A DNA stretch of 64,000 nt from assembly GCF_963921235.1 (NCBI RefSeq), contig NC_086101.1:10976001-11040000 (forward strand), given 5' to 3'. The number at the start of each line of letters is the position of its first letter. The first letter of the stretch is position 1. Below, piece by piece: positions 36,082 through 49,663 of this stretch. Made by a program: the position numbers and the translations under genes. Below the pieces are notes generated by a model. It was not told the origin of the DNA, made no database searches, and worked only from the letters and a program-made list of their open reading frames with translations. This DNA is from Mobula hypostoma (lineage: Eukaryota).

Positions 36082-38005
36082 AACTGAAGGAAGAGTGAGT
36101 AAGGGATTTGAAAGCTGGAGGGGGAGGGGGAGATGCAAAATGATAGGAGAAGACAGGAGGGGGAGGGATAGAGCCGAGAGCTGGACAGGTGATTGGCAAA
36201 AGGGATATGAGAGGATCATGGGACAGGAGGTCCAGGAAGAAAGACAAGGGGGGGCTGACCCAGAGGATGGGCAAGAGGTATATTCAGAGGGACAGAGGGA
36301 GAAAAAGGAGAGTGAGAGAAAGAATGTGTGCATAAAAATGAGTAACAGATGGGGTACGAGGGGGAGGTGGGGCCTTAGCGGAAGTTAGAGAAGTCGATGT
36401 TCATGCCATCAGGTTGGAGGCTACCCAGACGGAATATAGGGTGTTGATCCTCCAACCTGAGTGTGGCTTCATCTTTACAGTAGAGGAGGCCATGGATAGA
36501 CATGTCAGAATGGGAATGGGATGTGGAATTAAAATGTGTGGCCACTGGGAGATCCTGCTTTCTCTGGCGGACAGAGCATAGATGTTCAGCAAAGCGGTCT
36601 CCCAGTCTGCGTCGGGTCTCACCAATATATAAAAGGCCACATCGGGAGCACCGGACGCAGTATATCACCCCAGTCGACTCACAAGTGAAGTGATGCCTCA
36701 CCTGGAAGGACTGTTTGGGGCCCTGAATGGTGGTAAGGGAGGAAGTGTAAGGGCATGTGTAGCACTTGTTCCGCTTACACGGATAAGTGCCAGGAGGGAG
36801 ATCAGTGGGGAGGGATGGGGGGGGGACAAATGGACAAGGGAGTTGTGTAGGGAGCGATCCCTGCGGAATGCAGAGAGAGGGGGGGAGGGAAAGATGTGCT
36901 TAGTGGTGGGATCCCGTTGGAGGTGGCGGAAGTTACGGAGAATAATATGTTGGACCCGGAGGCTGGTGGGGTGGTAGGTGAGGACCAGGGGAACCCTATT
37001 CCTAGTGGGGTGGTGGGAGGATGGAGTGAGAGAGAATGTACGTGAAATGGGGGAGATGCGTTTAAGAGCAGAGTTGATAGTGGAGGAAGGGAAGCCCCTT
37101 TCTTTAAAAAATGAAGACATCTCCCTCATCCTAGAAATGAAAAGCCTCATCCTGAGAGCAGATGCGGCGGAGACGGAGGAATTGCGAGAAGGGGATGGCG
37201 TTTTTGCAAGAGACAGGGTGAGAAGAGGAATAGTCCAGATAGCTGTGAGAGTCAGTAGGCTTATAGTAGACATCAGTGGATAAGCTGTCTCCAGAGACAG
37301 AGACAGAAAGATCTAGAAAGGGGAGGGAGGTGTCGGAAATGGACCAGGTAAACTTGAGGGCAGGGTGAAAGTTGGAGGCAAAGTTAATAAAGTCAACGAG
37401 TTCTGCATGCGTGCAGGAAGCAGCGCCAATGCAGTCGTCGATGTAGCGAAGGAAAAGTGGGGGACAGATACCAGAATAGGCACGGAACATAGATTGTTCC
37501 ACAAAGCCAACAAAAAGGCAGGCATAGCTAGGACCCATACGGGTGCCCATAGCTACACCTTTAGTTTGGAGGAAATGGGAGGAGCAAAAGGAGAAATTAT
37601 TAAGAGTAAGGACTAATTCCGCTAGACGGAGTAGAGTGGTGGTAGAGGGGAACTGATTAGGTCTGGAATCCAAAAAGAAGCGTAGAGCTTTGAGACCTTC
37701 CTGATGGGGGATGGAAGTATATAAGGACTGGACATCCATGGTGAAAATAAAGCGGTGGGGGCCAGGGAACTTAAAATCATCCTCATATTCAGAGGGTCTG
37801 AATATACCTCTTGCCCATCCTCTGGGTCACCCCCCCCCTTGTCTTTCTTCCCGGACCTCCTGTCCCATGATCCTCTCGTATCCCCTTTTGCCTATCACCT
37901 GTCCAGCTCTCGGCTCTATCCCTCCCCCTCCTGTCTTCTCCTATCATTTTGCATCTCCCCCTCCCCCTCCAGCTTTCAAATCCCTTACTCACTCTTCCTT
38001 CAGTT

Positions 38006-38041
38006 AGTCCTGACGAAGGGTCTCGGCCTGAAATGTCGACT
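38006..38041 (+). ncRNA. Hammerhead motif copy in the inverted pseudo-LTR (stem III C>T)
   Basis: agtc ctgacga agggtctcggcct gaaa tgtc gact. Confidence 0.7.
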
Positions 38042-39439
38042 GCACCTCTTCCTATAGATGCTGCTTGGCCTGCTGCGTTCACCAGCAACTTTGATGTATG
38101 TTGCTTGCATTTAGATAGGGACTTATTAGGGACAGTCAACATGGCTTTGTGCGTGGTAGGTCATGTTTGACCAATCTATTGGAGTTTTTCAAGGAGGTTA
38201 CCAGGAAAGTGGATGAAGGGAAGGCAGTGGATGTTGTCTACATGGACTTCAGTAAGGCCTTTGACAAGGTCCCGCATGGGAGGTTAGTTAGGAAAATTCA
38301 GTCGCTAGGTATACATGGAGAGGTGGTAAATTGGATTAGACATTAGCTCAATGGAAGAAGCCAAAGAGTGATAGTAGAGGATTGCTTCTCAGAGTGGAGG
38401 CCTGTGACTAGTTGTGTGCCACAGGGATCATTGCTGGGTCCGTTGTAATTTGTCATCTATATCAATGATCTGGATGATAATGTGGTAAACTGGATCAGCA
38501 AATTTGCTGATGATACAAAGATTGGAGGTGTAGTGGACAGTGAGGAAGGTTTTCCAAGCTTGCAGAGGGATTTGGACCAGCTGGAAAAATGGGCTGAAAA
38601 ATGGCAAATGGAGTTTAATGCAGACAAGTGTGAGGTATTGCACTTTGGAAGGACAAACCAAGGTAGAACATACAGGGTTAATGGTAAGGCACTGAGGAGT
38701 GCAGCAGAACAGAGGGATCAGGGAATACAGATACAAAATTCCCTAAAAGTGGCGTCACAGGTAGATAGGGTTGTAAAGAGAGCTTTTGGTACATTGGCCT
38801 TTATTAAACGAAGTATTGAGTATAAGAGCTGGAATGTTATGATGAGGTTGTATAAGGCATTGGTGAGGCCGAATCTGGAGTATTGTGTTCAGTTTTCGTC
38901 ACCAAATTGCAGGAAGGATGTTAATAAGGTTGAAAGAGTGCAGAGAAGGTTTACAAGGATGTTGCCGGGACTTGAGAAACTCAGTTACAGAGCAAGGTTG
39001 AATAGGTTAGGACTTTATTCCCTGGAGCGTAGAAGAATGAGGGGAGACTTGATAGAGGTATATAAAATTATGATGGGTATAGATAGAGTGAATGAGAGCA
39101 GGCTTTTTCCACTGAGGCAAGGGGAGAAAAAAACCGGAGGACATGAGTTAAGGGTGAGGAGGGAAAAGTTTAAAGGGGGGGCTTCTTCACACAGAGAGTG
39201 GTAGGAGTATGGAATGAGCTGCCAGATGAGGTGGTAAATGCGGGTTCTTTTTTAACATTTAAGAATAAATTGGACAGATACATGGATGGGAGGTGTATGG
39301 AGGGATATGGACCGTGTGCAGGTCAGTGCGACTAGGCAGAAAATGGTTTGGCACAGCCAAGAAGGGCCAAAAGGCCTGTTTCTGTGCTGTAGTTTTTCTA
39401 TGGTTTATAATAATAAACCTGATTCTGTTTCTGATCTAT

Positions 39440-40420
39440 ACAAAGTTCAAAGTACATTTTATTGTCAGAGTACATAAATAAGCCCTGAGATTCATTTTCC
39501 TTTGGACATACTCAGCAAACCTACAGAATTGTAGCTGTAACAGGATCAATGAAAAATCCAGTAGAGTGCAGAAGACAACAAACTGCAAATGTAAAATTAT
39601 ATAAATAGCAATAAATAATATAACATTACAAAAACAATCAAAGGAAAGATCATTGGTTGTGGGGGCATCTCAATGGATGGGCAAGTGAGTGTAGTTATCC
39701 CCTTTTGTTCAAGAGTCTGATGGTTGAGGGCTCGTAACTGTTCTTGAACCTGGTGGTGTGAGTCCTGAGGTTCTTGTACCTTCTGCCTGATGGCAGCAGT
39801 GAGAAAAGAGCCTGGCCTGGGCGGTGAGGGTCTCTGATGATGGATGCTGCTGTAAAATGAAGGTGTTTTATGTCGGTGCACTCAATGGTTAGGAGGGCTT
39901 TACCCGTGATATACTGGGTGAAATCCACTACCTTTTGCAGGATTTTCTGTTCAAAGGCATTGGTGTTCCCACATCAGGCCGTGTTGCTGTCAGTCAATAC
40001 ACTTTCTGCCACACAACTATAGACTTTCGTCAACATTTTTGATGTATTCTATTCAATATATGTAATTGATTTAGTTGTTTATTTATTATGATATTTTAAT
40101 TACTTTTTTCTTTCTCTCTGCTAGATTATGTATTGTTGCTGCTGCTGAGTTAACAAATTTCACGTCACGTGCCAGTGATAATAAACCTGATTCTGATTCT
40201 GATTCTGATGTCATGCTGAATCTCTGCAGGCTCCTGAGGAACTAGAGGCACTGCCATACTTTCTCCACAATTACACTGACATGCTGGGTCCAGGACAGGT
40301 CCTCCGGAATAGTAACACCCAGGAATTTAAAGTTGCTAACCCTCTCACCTCTGACCCACCAATGCTTTCCCTCTTCTGAATCCCTTGGTCTTGCTGATGT
40401 TGAGTGAGAGATTGTTGTTA
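39440..40420 (-). mobile_element. Degenerate Rex1/Babar 3' fragments
   Basis: [22 protein letters not shown]; includes a short plus-strand tail insert ending in (ctgatt)n near 40190. Confidence 0.7.
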
Positions 40421-40421
40421 T

Positions 40422-42580
40422 TAGATTAGATTAGATTCAACTGTATTGTCATTATGCCCAGTACTGATACAAAGCCAATGAAACGCAGATTGCAACTAAC
40501 CAGAAATGCGAAGAATATTGTTATTTAGAAGATAACTGCAAATAAAAAGTAAGTGCTACAGCACACAAATATAAAAGTACTGGGTACAATATGGGTGCAA
40601 TACTGCTTAGCGCTGTGTTGAGAGGTTCAGCAGGGTCACAGCCTCAGGGAAGAAGATCTTCCTGTGCCTACTGGTGTGGGAGCGGAGGCTCCTGTAGTGC
40701 CTACCGGATGGGAGGAGAGTAAAAAGTCCATGGTTCAGGTGAGATGCATCGTTGATCATGCTTTTCGCCCTGCCCTGGCAGCGTTTATGGTAGATGTTCA
40801 CAATGGTGAGCAATTGGGTGCTGATAATCCGCTGGGCAGTTTTCACCACACGCTTCTGCCGTCCAATACGGGACAATTGCCATACCACTCTGAGATGCAG
40901 TTGGTGAGTATGCTCTCAATGGTACAGTTGTATCCTGGGACAGAGGTGAGCTTTCTTGAAGCTCCGCAGGAAATAAAGGTGCTGTTGCACCTTTTTGATC
41001 AGGATGGAGGCGTTCAACAACCAGGTGAGATCCTCGGAAATGTGGACACCAAGGAATTTGAAGCTTGATACGCACTCCACTGCAGCTCAGTTGATGTAGA
41101 TGGGGACGTGAGTGTGGCTCCTAGCATGCCTGAAGTCCGTAATGATCTCCTTGGTCTTCTGGGTGTTAAGGGCCAGGTGCTGGACCTCGTCCCTGTAGGC
41201 TGTCTTGTCATCCCTTCTGATCAGGCCAACCACTGTGGTGTCATCTGCGAACTTGATTATGGAGTTGGAATCATGCACAGGAATGCAGTCATCGGTAAAA
41301 AGGGAGTTCAGAAGAGGGCTCAGCACACAGCCTTGAGGCAAGCCAGTGTTCAGGGTGAGACTGGAGGAGGAGAGGTTGTCTAACTTAACTGATTGGGGTC
41401 TGTTAGTCAGAAAGTCCAAGGTCCAACTGCAGAGGGATGAGCTGATACCAGGCTGGCGAAGTTTGACGATCAGCTTGGAGGGGGATCGCAGTACTGAACG
41501 CTGAACTAAAGTCAATGAACAGCATTCTGATCTAAGAGTTGGGGCTGTCCAGGTGGGTCAGGGCAGAGTGAAGTGCCGTGGAGATGGCGTCCTCTGTTGA
41601 CCTGTTGGTGCGATAGGCAATTTGATGGGGGTCCAGGGTAGTGAGCAGACAGGATTTCAGATGTGATAGAACCAGTCTCTCAAAGCACTTTGCAATGATG
41701 GGGGTGAGTGCAACTGGGCGGAAGTCATTCAGGCCCGTGGCAGTGGAATGCTTCGGTACTGGCACGATGGTGGCGATCTTGAAGCTTGTGGGGACAACTG
41801 CCTAGGCCAGGGACAGATTGAAAATGTCCGTGAAGACCCCGGCCAACTGCCCTGCACAGACTCTGAGCACACGGCCAGGTATCCCATCCGGACCAGCTGC
41901 CTCCTGCTCAGGGTGGCACAGACATTGAAGGTGGAAAGTGAGAGAGGCAGTTCACCAGGTGGGAGATCCACTTTGAGGGTGACCTCCTCGTTCTCTCGGT
42001 CAAAGCAAGCGTAGAAGTAATTGAGCTCATCAGGGAGGGAAGCAGAGCTGGAAGGGGGCACAGTACCAGGTGGTCTGAAGTCTGTAATGACCTGTGTGCC
42101 ATGCCACATGCACCGGGGGTCCGAGGAGTTGAAATGCTCCTCGATTCTCTGTTTGTATATGTGTTTAGCCTGAGAGATTCCCCTCCTCAGGTTGGCCCTG
42201 GCTGAGCTGAAGCCTCCCGGTCTCCAGACCTGACGGCTGAATCTCTGGCTTTGAGCAGGAGGCGAACCTCTCTGTTCATCCATGGTTTCTGATTGGCGAA
42301 AACTTTTATTTGTTTTTGTGATGTCACTCTATCTACACACTTGTTGATGTGCTCAAGGACAGAGTTGTTATATAAGTCAATGTTAATCTGAGAGTCTGTG
42401 GTGGCATGGGCAGCAAACGCACTCCAGTCTGTGTGCTGGAATTGGTGCTGAAGAGCAGAGTCAGCCCCCTCCAGCCAGATCTCAATAGTCTTCATAGTGG
42501 GTTTCACACGTTTAATGACCAGTCTATACTTGGGAAGTAGAAAGAATGAAAGATGGTCGGACTGTCCCAAGGTGGGGTGT
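40422..42580 (-). mobile_element. Rex1/Babar LINE, degenerate
   Basis: [33 protein letters not shown]; (tctaa)n tail. Confidence 0.9.
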
Positions 42581-43984
42581 CATGACACCACTCAGCTAAA
42601 TTTTCAATTTCCCTCTGTATGCTGATTCATCACAACCAGTAACAAAGAGCCAAGAGAGGAAAATTCTAGGATTTTCTGGGATTCCTGGCATTTTGACAAA
42701 ACTCTGTGCTTTGTTTTGCCCTCGGAAGACAGGGAGTAATGGTGGAATGCTGGAGAATTGGAGATAGTGAAAGTTGTTCAAGAACGAATAATCTAGGAGT
42801 GATAGCCCATGGATATAACATCAGTGATGGAGAAGCTATTGGAGAGTATTCTCTGGGACTGGATTTGCTCGCATTTGGATGGCTTTGTGTGGAGTAGTGT
42901 ATGTTCTGCAAATTTAATTGAGGTTTTTGAGGAGGTGAAGAAGGTGATTTATAACAGTGGAGCAGTGGATGTTGACTACATGGGCTTCAGTAAGGAAACT
43001 GAACGGCCTCTCATGGTAGGTTGATCACGACGATTAAGATTGAGGTGAATGTGAAGGGTGAGTGCCGGCTGCCTGTCTTTTAGTCGCTCACTGCCGGACA
43101 GGGAAAAGCCGGTCGCTTTGCCTGGAGAGTGTTACCCAAGTCTTCTGAGTTTCGGATGTGGACTTGGACTAGACTTCTTTTTTCTGTCCTATAGCTTTTT
43201 TAATATTCTGTGTTTTTTGCCTGATCTTGCTCAGTTTTTTTTTTGCAGGGAGAGGGATTTGAGGGTCAATGTGCCTGTTCCCATTTTGTTCTTTTTTGTG
43301 TGGGAGGAGGGATTTGGAGTTTGATGTGCTTGTTCTGTGTTTGTTTGCTTCTTTTGTGTGGGGAGGGGGGGATTTGAGGTTTGAAAATCATGTCATCTTT
43401 CTTTTCTTTCATGTCTTCATGTCTAATTGGAGAAGAAGAATTTCAGAGTTGTGAACTGATAATAAATGAACCTTTGAACATTCTGAGATGCACAGGATCC
43501 ATGGTGAATTGTACACACAGTACATATACAACATATGAATGACTGAGACAAAGTTGTAGGTAGGTCGGTTGGCAACTTTGCAGACAATGCAAATATTGGT
43601 TGAATTGAATTGTGGATAGTGAAGAAAGTTGTCAAAGGATACAGTAGGACACAGATCATTTGGAGATCTGAGCAGACAAATGGCGAATAGAGTTTCATCT
43701 GAACAAGTGAGATGTTGCACTTCAGAATGTCAAGTGTAAGTGGAAAGGTTACAGTTATTGGCATTGATGTACAGAGGAATTTTGGGTCCAGGTCCAATCA
43801 TCCTGATTGTGGCAATGCAAATAGATTGTGTGGCAAAAAAAAGATGTGTTATGAAATGCCTGCCTTCATCACTAGTGGCATACAGTACAGGAGTCAGGAA
43901 ATCATGATACAGCTCTATAAAACTTAATAAGATCTGTACTTGATTATAGCTGTGTGGCTTATGGATCAGCTTCATCTATAAATT

Positions 43985-44480
43985 TAAAATGTTTGGATGT
44001 GATACAAGCACAGGCTTTAAGATTATGTTGTGGTGTGATAATTTCAGCTCTACTGGTTGAAATGGGACAATTACCCTAACAGTTGCGGAGGTTGAAGTTG
44101 TTAACAAACCGGATTAATTTGAGGGGGCAGTATAATGATCATCCTGTTAAAAGTGTGCTGGAAGACTGTTGGGAACATCACAAGAAGTGTGTTTTTAGTT
44201 TTGGGTGGCTGGATTCTTGTCACTCAAGGAATAGGTCTGCTGTATTACACAATACGTCCCACTGTAGCTTTCTTGGTAACCCCGCCTTGAATTTTTCCAA
44301 TGGCTTTATGAGGTTGCATAACACCTTTACAGAATACGCAAAACTGGTGGATTGATGGGAGAAGGGGTTAAAACGAGAAGGGAAGGAATTAAATTGACTT
44401 GACAGAATTGCGCATACTATGCTTAATTCTTCGTTGTATCTTGTTGGAAAACATCACTCTGGGATGTGCAGGTTTTATCA
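43985..44480 (+). mobile_element. I/Nimb-clade LINE fragment (post-RT region)
   Basis: Reads LDVIQAQALRLCCG...SALLVEMGQLP*QLRRLKLL, resembling the I-group 'IQ..ALR...GA...P..AL..E.G..PL..RR' motif. Confidence 0.6.
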
Positions 44481-44486
44481 TTATAT

Positions 44487-47400
44487 AGAACATAGAACAG
44501 TACAGCACAGTACAGGCCCTTCGGCCCACAATGTTGTGCCAACCCTTAAACCCTGCCTCCCATACAACCCCCCACCTTAAATTTCTCCACATAGTAGAAA
44601 GTCCAGTAGTCTCTTAAATTTCACTAGTGTATCTACCTCCACCACTGACTCAGGCAGAGCATTCCACGCACCAACCACTCTCTGAGTAAAAACCCTTCCT
44701 CTAATATCCCCCTTGAACTTCCCACCCCTTACCTTAAAGCCATGTCCTCTTGTATTGAGCAGTGGTGCCCTGGGGAAGAGGCACTGGCTGTCCACTATAT
44801 CTATTCCTCTTAATATCTTGTATACCTCTATCATGTTTCCTCTCATTCTCCTTCTCTCCAGAGAGTAAAGCCCTAGCTCCCTTAATCTCTGATCATAATG
44901 CATACTCTCTAAACCAGGCAGCATCCTGGTAAATCTTCTCTGTACCCTTTCCAATGCTTCCACATCCTTCCTATAATGAGGTGACCAGAACTGGACACAG
45001 TGCTCCAACTGTGGCCTAACCAGAGTTTTATAGAGCTGCATCATTACCCCGCGACTCTTAAACTCTATCCCTCGACTTATGAAAGCTAACACTCCATAAG
45101 CTTTCTTAACTATCCTCACAAGGCAACTTTCAGGGATCTCTGTACATGTACCCCCAGATCCCTCTGCTCCTCCACACTTCCAAGTATTTTGGAATTTACT
45201 TTGTACTCTGCCTTGGAGTTTGTCCTTCCAAAGTGTACCACCTCACACTTCTCCGGGTTGAACTCCATCTGCCACTTCTCAGCCCACTTCTGCATCTTAT
45301 CAATGTCTCTCTGCAATCTGTGACAATCCTCTACACTATCCACAACACCACCAACTTTTGTATCATCTGCAAACTTGCTAACCCACCCTTCTACCCCCAC
45401 ATACAGGTCATTAATAAAAATCACGAAAAGTAGAGGTCCCAGAACCGATACTTGTGGGACACCACTAGTCACCACCCTCCAGTCCAAATGTACTCCCTCC
45501 ATCACGACCCTCTGCTTTCTGCAGGCAAGCCAATGCTGAATCCACCTGTCCAAACTTCCCTGGATCCCATGCCTTCTGACTTTCTGAATAATCCTACCAT
45601 GTGGAACCTTGTCAAATGCCTTACTAAAATCCATGTAGATCACATCCACCGCACTACCCTTATCTGCCTGGTCACTTCCTCAAAGAACTCTATCAGGCTT
45701 GTTAGACACAATCTACCCTTCACAAAGCCATGCTGACAGTCCCTGATCGGACCATGATTCTCTAAATGCCCAGAGATCCTACCTCTAAGAATCTTTTCCA
45801 ACAGTTTTCCCACCACAGACGCAAGGCTCACTGGTCTATAATTACCCGGACTATCACTACTAACTTTTTAGAACAAGGGGACAACATTCGCCTCCCTCCA
45901 ATCCTCCAGGACCATTCCTGTGGACAACGAGGACATAAAGATCCTAGCCAGAGGCTCAGCGAACTCTTCCCTCGCCTCATCGAGCAGCCTGGGGAATATT
46001 CCATCAGACCCTGGGGACTTATCCGTCCTAATGTATTTTAACAACTCTAACACCTCCTCTTCCTTAATATCAACATGCTCCAGAACATCAACCTCACTCA
46101 TATTGTCCTCACTGCCATCGTTCCCTCTCATTGGTGAATACCAAAGAGAAGTATTCACTGAGGACCTCACTCACTTCCATGGCCTCCAGGCACGTCTTCC
46201 CACCTTTATCTCTAATCGGTCCTATCTTCACTCCTGTCATCCTTTTGTTCTTCACATATTTGAAGAATGCCTTGGGGTTTTCCTTTACCCTACTCACCAA
46301 GGCCTCCTCATGCCCCCTTCTTGCTCTTCTCAGCCCCTTCTTAAGCTCCTTTCTTGCTTCCCTATGTTCCTCAATAGACCCATCTGATCCTTGCCTCCTA
46401 AACCTCATGTATGCTACCTTCTTCCACCTGACTAGATTCTCCACCTCACTTGTCACCCATAGTTCCTTCACCCTACAATTCTTTATCTTCCTCACCGGGA
46501 CAAATTTATACCTAACATCCTGCAAGAGATCCCTAAACATCGACCACACGTCCATAGTACATTTCCCTGCAAAAACATCATCCCAATTCACACCCGCAAG
46601 TTCTAGCCTTATAGCCTCATAATTTGTCCTTCCCCAATTAAAAATTTTCCTGTCCTCTCTGATTCTGTCCTTTTCCATGGTAGTGTTTAAGGCCAGGGAG
46701 TGGTGCTCACTGTCCCCCAGATGCTCAACCACTGAGAAATCTGTGACCTGACTCGGTTCATTACCTAATATTAGATCTAGTATGGCATTCCCCCTAGCCG
46801 GCCTGTCAACCTAGTGTGACAGGAATCCATCCTGGACACACCTAACAAACTCTGCCCCATCTAAACCATTGGAACAAATCAGGTGCCAATCAATATTAGG
46901 GAAGTTAAAGTCACCCAGATTAACAACCCTGTTATTTTTGCACCTTTCCAAAATCTGCCTCAGAATCTGCTCCTCGGTATCTCTGCTGTTACCAGGGGGC
47001 CTATAGAATACCCCCAATAGAGTTTCTCCTCGCTTCCTGTTCCTGACTTCCACCCATACTGACTCAAAAGAGGATCCTGCTACATTACCCACCCTTTCTG
47101 TAGCTGTAATAGTATCCCTGACCAGTAATGCCACCTTTCCTCCCCTTTCTCCCCCCTCTCTATCCCTTTTAAAGCACTGAAATCTGGGAATATTGACAAT
47201 CCATTCCTGCCCTGGTGCCAGCCAAGTCTCTGTAATGGCCACTACATCATAATTCCATGTATGTATCCAAGCTCTCAGTTCATCACCTTTGTTCCTGATG
47301 CTTCTTGCATTGAAGTACACACATTTCAGCCCTTCTACCTTACTAACTTTACACCCGTTATTCGGTTTCTCTTTCATCAAAGCCTCTTTATGTGTTAGAT

Positions 47401-48138
47401 CTGGCTTTACTCCATGCACTATACTTGCAGTTCTCGCCTGACCTTTATCCTCCTCCACCTCACTATCTGCTCTAACACTCCATTTCCCCTCCCACTGCAA
47501 ATCGATATTAAACCCCTCCGGAGCAGCATTAGCAAACCTTCCCCCAAGAATGTTAGTCCCCCTCCAGTTCAGGTGCAACCCGTCCCGTCAGAACAGGTCC
47601 CACCTTCCCTGGAACAAGGCCCAATTGTCCAGAAACATGAAGCCCTCCCTCCTGCACCAACTCCTCAGCCACGTATTTAGCTGCATTATCTTCCTATTTC
47701 TAGCCTCACTAGCACGTGGCACGGGTAGCAATCCTGAGATTGCAACCCTGGAGGTCCTGTCCTTCAACTTTGCAGCTAACTCCCTAAATTCTCTTTGCAG
47801 GACCTCCTCCTTCTTCCTATCCACGTCATTGGTCCCTACATGGGCCACGACATCTGGCTGCTCACCTTGCTTCTTGAGAACACTGAGAACTCGATCAGAA
47901 GATATCGCGGACCCTGGCACCAGGGAGGCAACAGACCATCCGGGATTCTCGATCTCTTCCATAGAACCTCTTATCTGTCCCCCAAATGAATCCCCTATCA
48001 CTACTGCTCTCCTCTCTTCCCCCCTTCCCTTCCTAGCTGAGGGTCCCGTCTCAGTGCCAGAGACGCAACCACTGCAACTTGTCCCTGGGAGGTCGTCCCC
48101 ACCAACAGGATCCAGAACGGTATACTTATTACTGATGT
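44487..48138 (-). mobile_element. CR1 LINE from the ORF1 esterase to the tail, frameshifted
   Basis: VVIGDS, HVGTND, ISGLLP (SGNH esterase); [23 protein letters not shown]; tail present. Confidence 0.93.
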
Positions 48139-49663
48139 TGAACATATTGTTTTACAATGTGAAACATATAAGGTTGAAAGAAAGCAAATGCAGGCTGCAC
48201 TACTAGCACTGGGGGCTGCTTATGCGTGGGAGGGGGGAGCTGGGGAGCTTTGGGTTTCTAACATTTAACTGTCATTCATTCTTTGGGGCACTCCTCTGTT
48301 TTTGTGGATGTTTGCGAAGAAAAAGCATTTTGTGATGTATATTGTATACATTTCTTTGACATGAAATGTACCTATTGCCAGGATTAGAAGGTATGAGCTA
48401 TAAGGAGAGCTTAGACAAACTTGGATTGCTTTCTCTGGAGTATCATAGGCTGGAGGGATGCCTGACAGAGGTTTAAAAAGTTATGAGAGGCATAGATAAG
48501 GAAGGCAGTCAGAATCTTGTCCTCTCAGTAGAAATGTCAAATAGTGGGAGGAAAAAGTTTATAGACATATGCAGAATATATTTTTTTAAACAGCGAGCAG
48601 CATGTGACTGAAACAAGCTGATAGGGATAGTGTTGGAAGCAGTTATGACAGTGGCATCGACGATACTTTCAGACAGACATGTGAATGTGCAGGGAATGAA
48701 GGGATGTGGTCATGTACAGGTGGAAGGGATTAGCTTAATACGGCATAGACATTGAGAGTAAAAAAACTTGTTGCTAATCTGTACTATTCCATGTTTTCAA
48801 AAGCGTAGATGTACAGCGCAATCTTATGGTGCGAGTTCGTAACACCCTGAAAGTGTGCAGGTAAATAGGGTGATAAAGGTGCTTACAGCACCGTTGCCTT
48901 CACCCGTTGGGACGTCGATCAGAAAAGCCTGGAAGTCATGTTGCAGCAGCACAAAACTTTAGTCAGGTCACAACTGGAATATTCTGTGTGCCACATTACA
49001 GAAGGTATGTGGGGACAGTGGAGGAGAGTGTGCAGAACTGGTTTAACAGAATGTTGTCTTAGAGTTTTAAGTACAGCACAAAGTTGGACAAATAGATAGT
49101 TTTCTCTGGAGTGTTGGAGGCCGACGGGCATCCTGATTGATGTACAGTATTTTAAATATGATAGGCGTACATAGGATAGTTAGTCAGTGCTTTCTCCTCC
49201 AGTGGAAATCTTGTACTTGGACATAGGATTAGGGGGCAGGAAGAAAGTGTCTGGAATGTGTCACAGGGTAACTGAGAGGAGTGGGTACAAACAAAATGTC
49301 TAAAATACATTTAGACAGGAAAAAAAAGAACAAACAGGGAATGGGGGCATATCAATCACATGCAATTACATGGGATTAGTTGTATTAGGCATTTTGGTTG
49401 CTAGTGATATTGTTGGCCAAGGAGCCTGTTCTGTGCTGTGCTGTCCTGTTACCCGATGGAAACTTCTGTATCTGCCCTGTGAAGCTCAATTAGGGTGTTA
49501 GTTGAACAGACAAGTTCAATCATTGTTTTCTGAACTGCAAGGAAAAAAGTAACTAAACTATCTGATCTCTCGTGATATGATAACTCTCATAGTAATTAAT
49601 CTGGTAAGCCTACCCAACATAGAACATAGAAAACATAGAAAAGTACAGCACAGTACAGGCCCT

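Larger units (their letters stand above)
35947..38105 (-). mobile_element. Penelope-like retroelement, 5'-truncated, with inverted pseudo-LTR
   Basis: RT motifs MDVQSLYTSIP, GVAMGTRMGPSYA, RYIDD. GIY-YIG VIYCVRCSRCGLLYIGETRRRL. 14-bp TSD tgcatttagatagg (35933-35946, 38106-38119). ~310-bp inverted repeat 35981-36289 / 37797-38105. Frameshifted. Confidence 0.93.
34177..39405 (+). mobile_element. CR1 LINE (end of ORF1 plus whole ORF2, with stops) interrupted by a Penelope-like element
   Basis: DGLHLN, CIYFNARSI, ISETWL, GDFNFP, SDHN, MDFSKAFDKVPH, KFADDTKIG; 3' UTR present. Confidence 0.92.

Noticed and set aside
42596..42781. Minus-strand ORF containing MPGIPENPRIFLSWLFVTGC as a leader peptide
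   Set aside because: No splice donor follows and the hydrophobic core is short.
47588..48145. SGNH esterase and zinc-finger ORFs (also near 49.9, 54.8 and 60.2 kb) as host genes
   Set aside because: These are known CR1 ORF1 domains, positioned upstream of ORF2 sequence in each element.
49453..49534. Exon-like segment on the minus strand (good acceptor, ATG, donor) as a signal-peptide exon
   Set aside because: MIELVCSTNTLIELHRADTEVSI is not hydrophobic, ends in phase 2, and no IgV exon lies between it and IgC.
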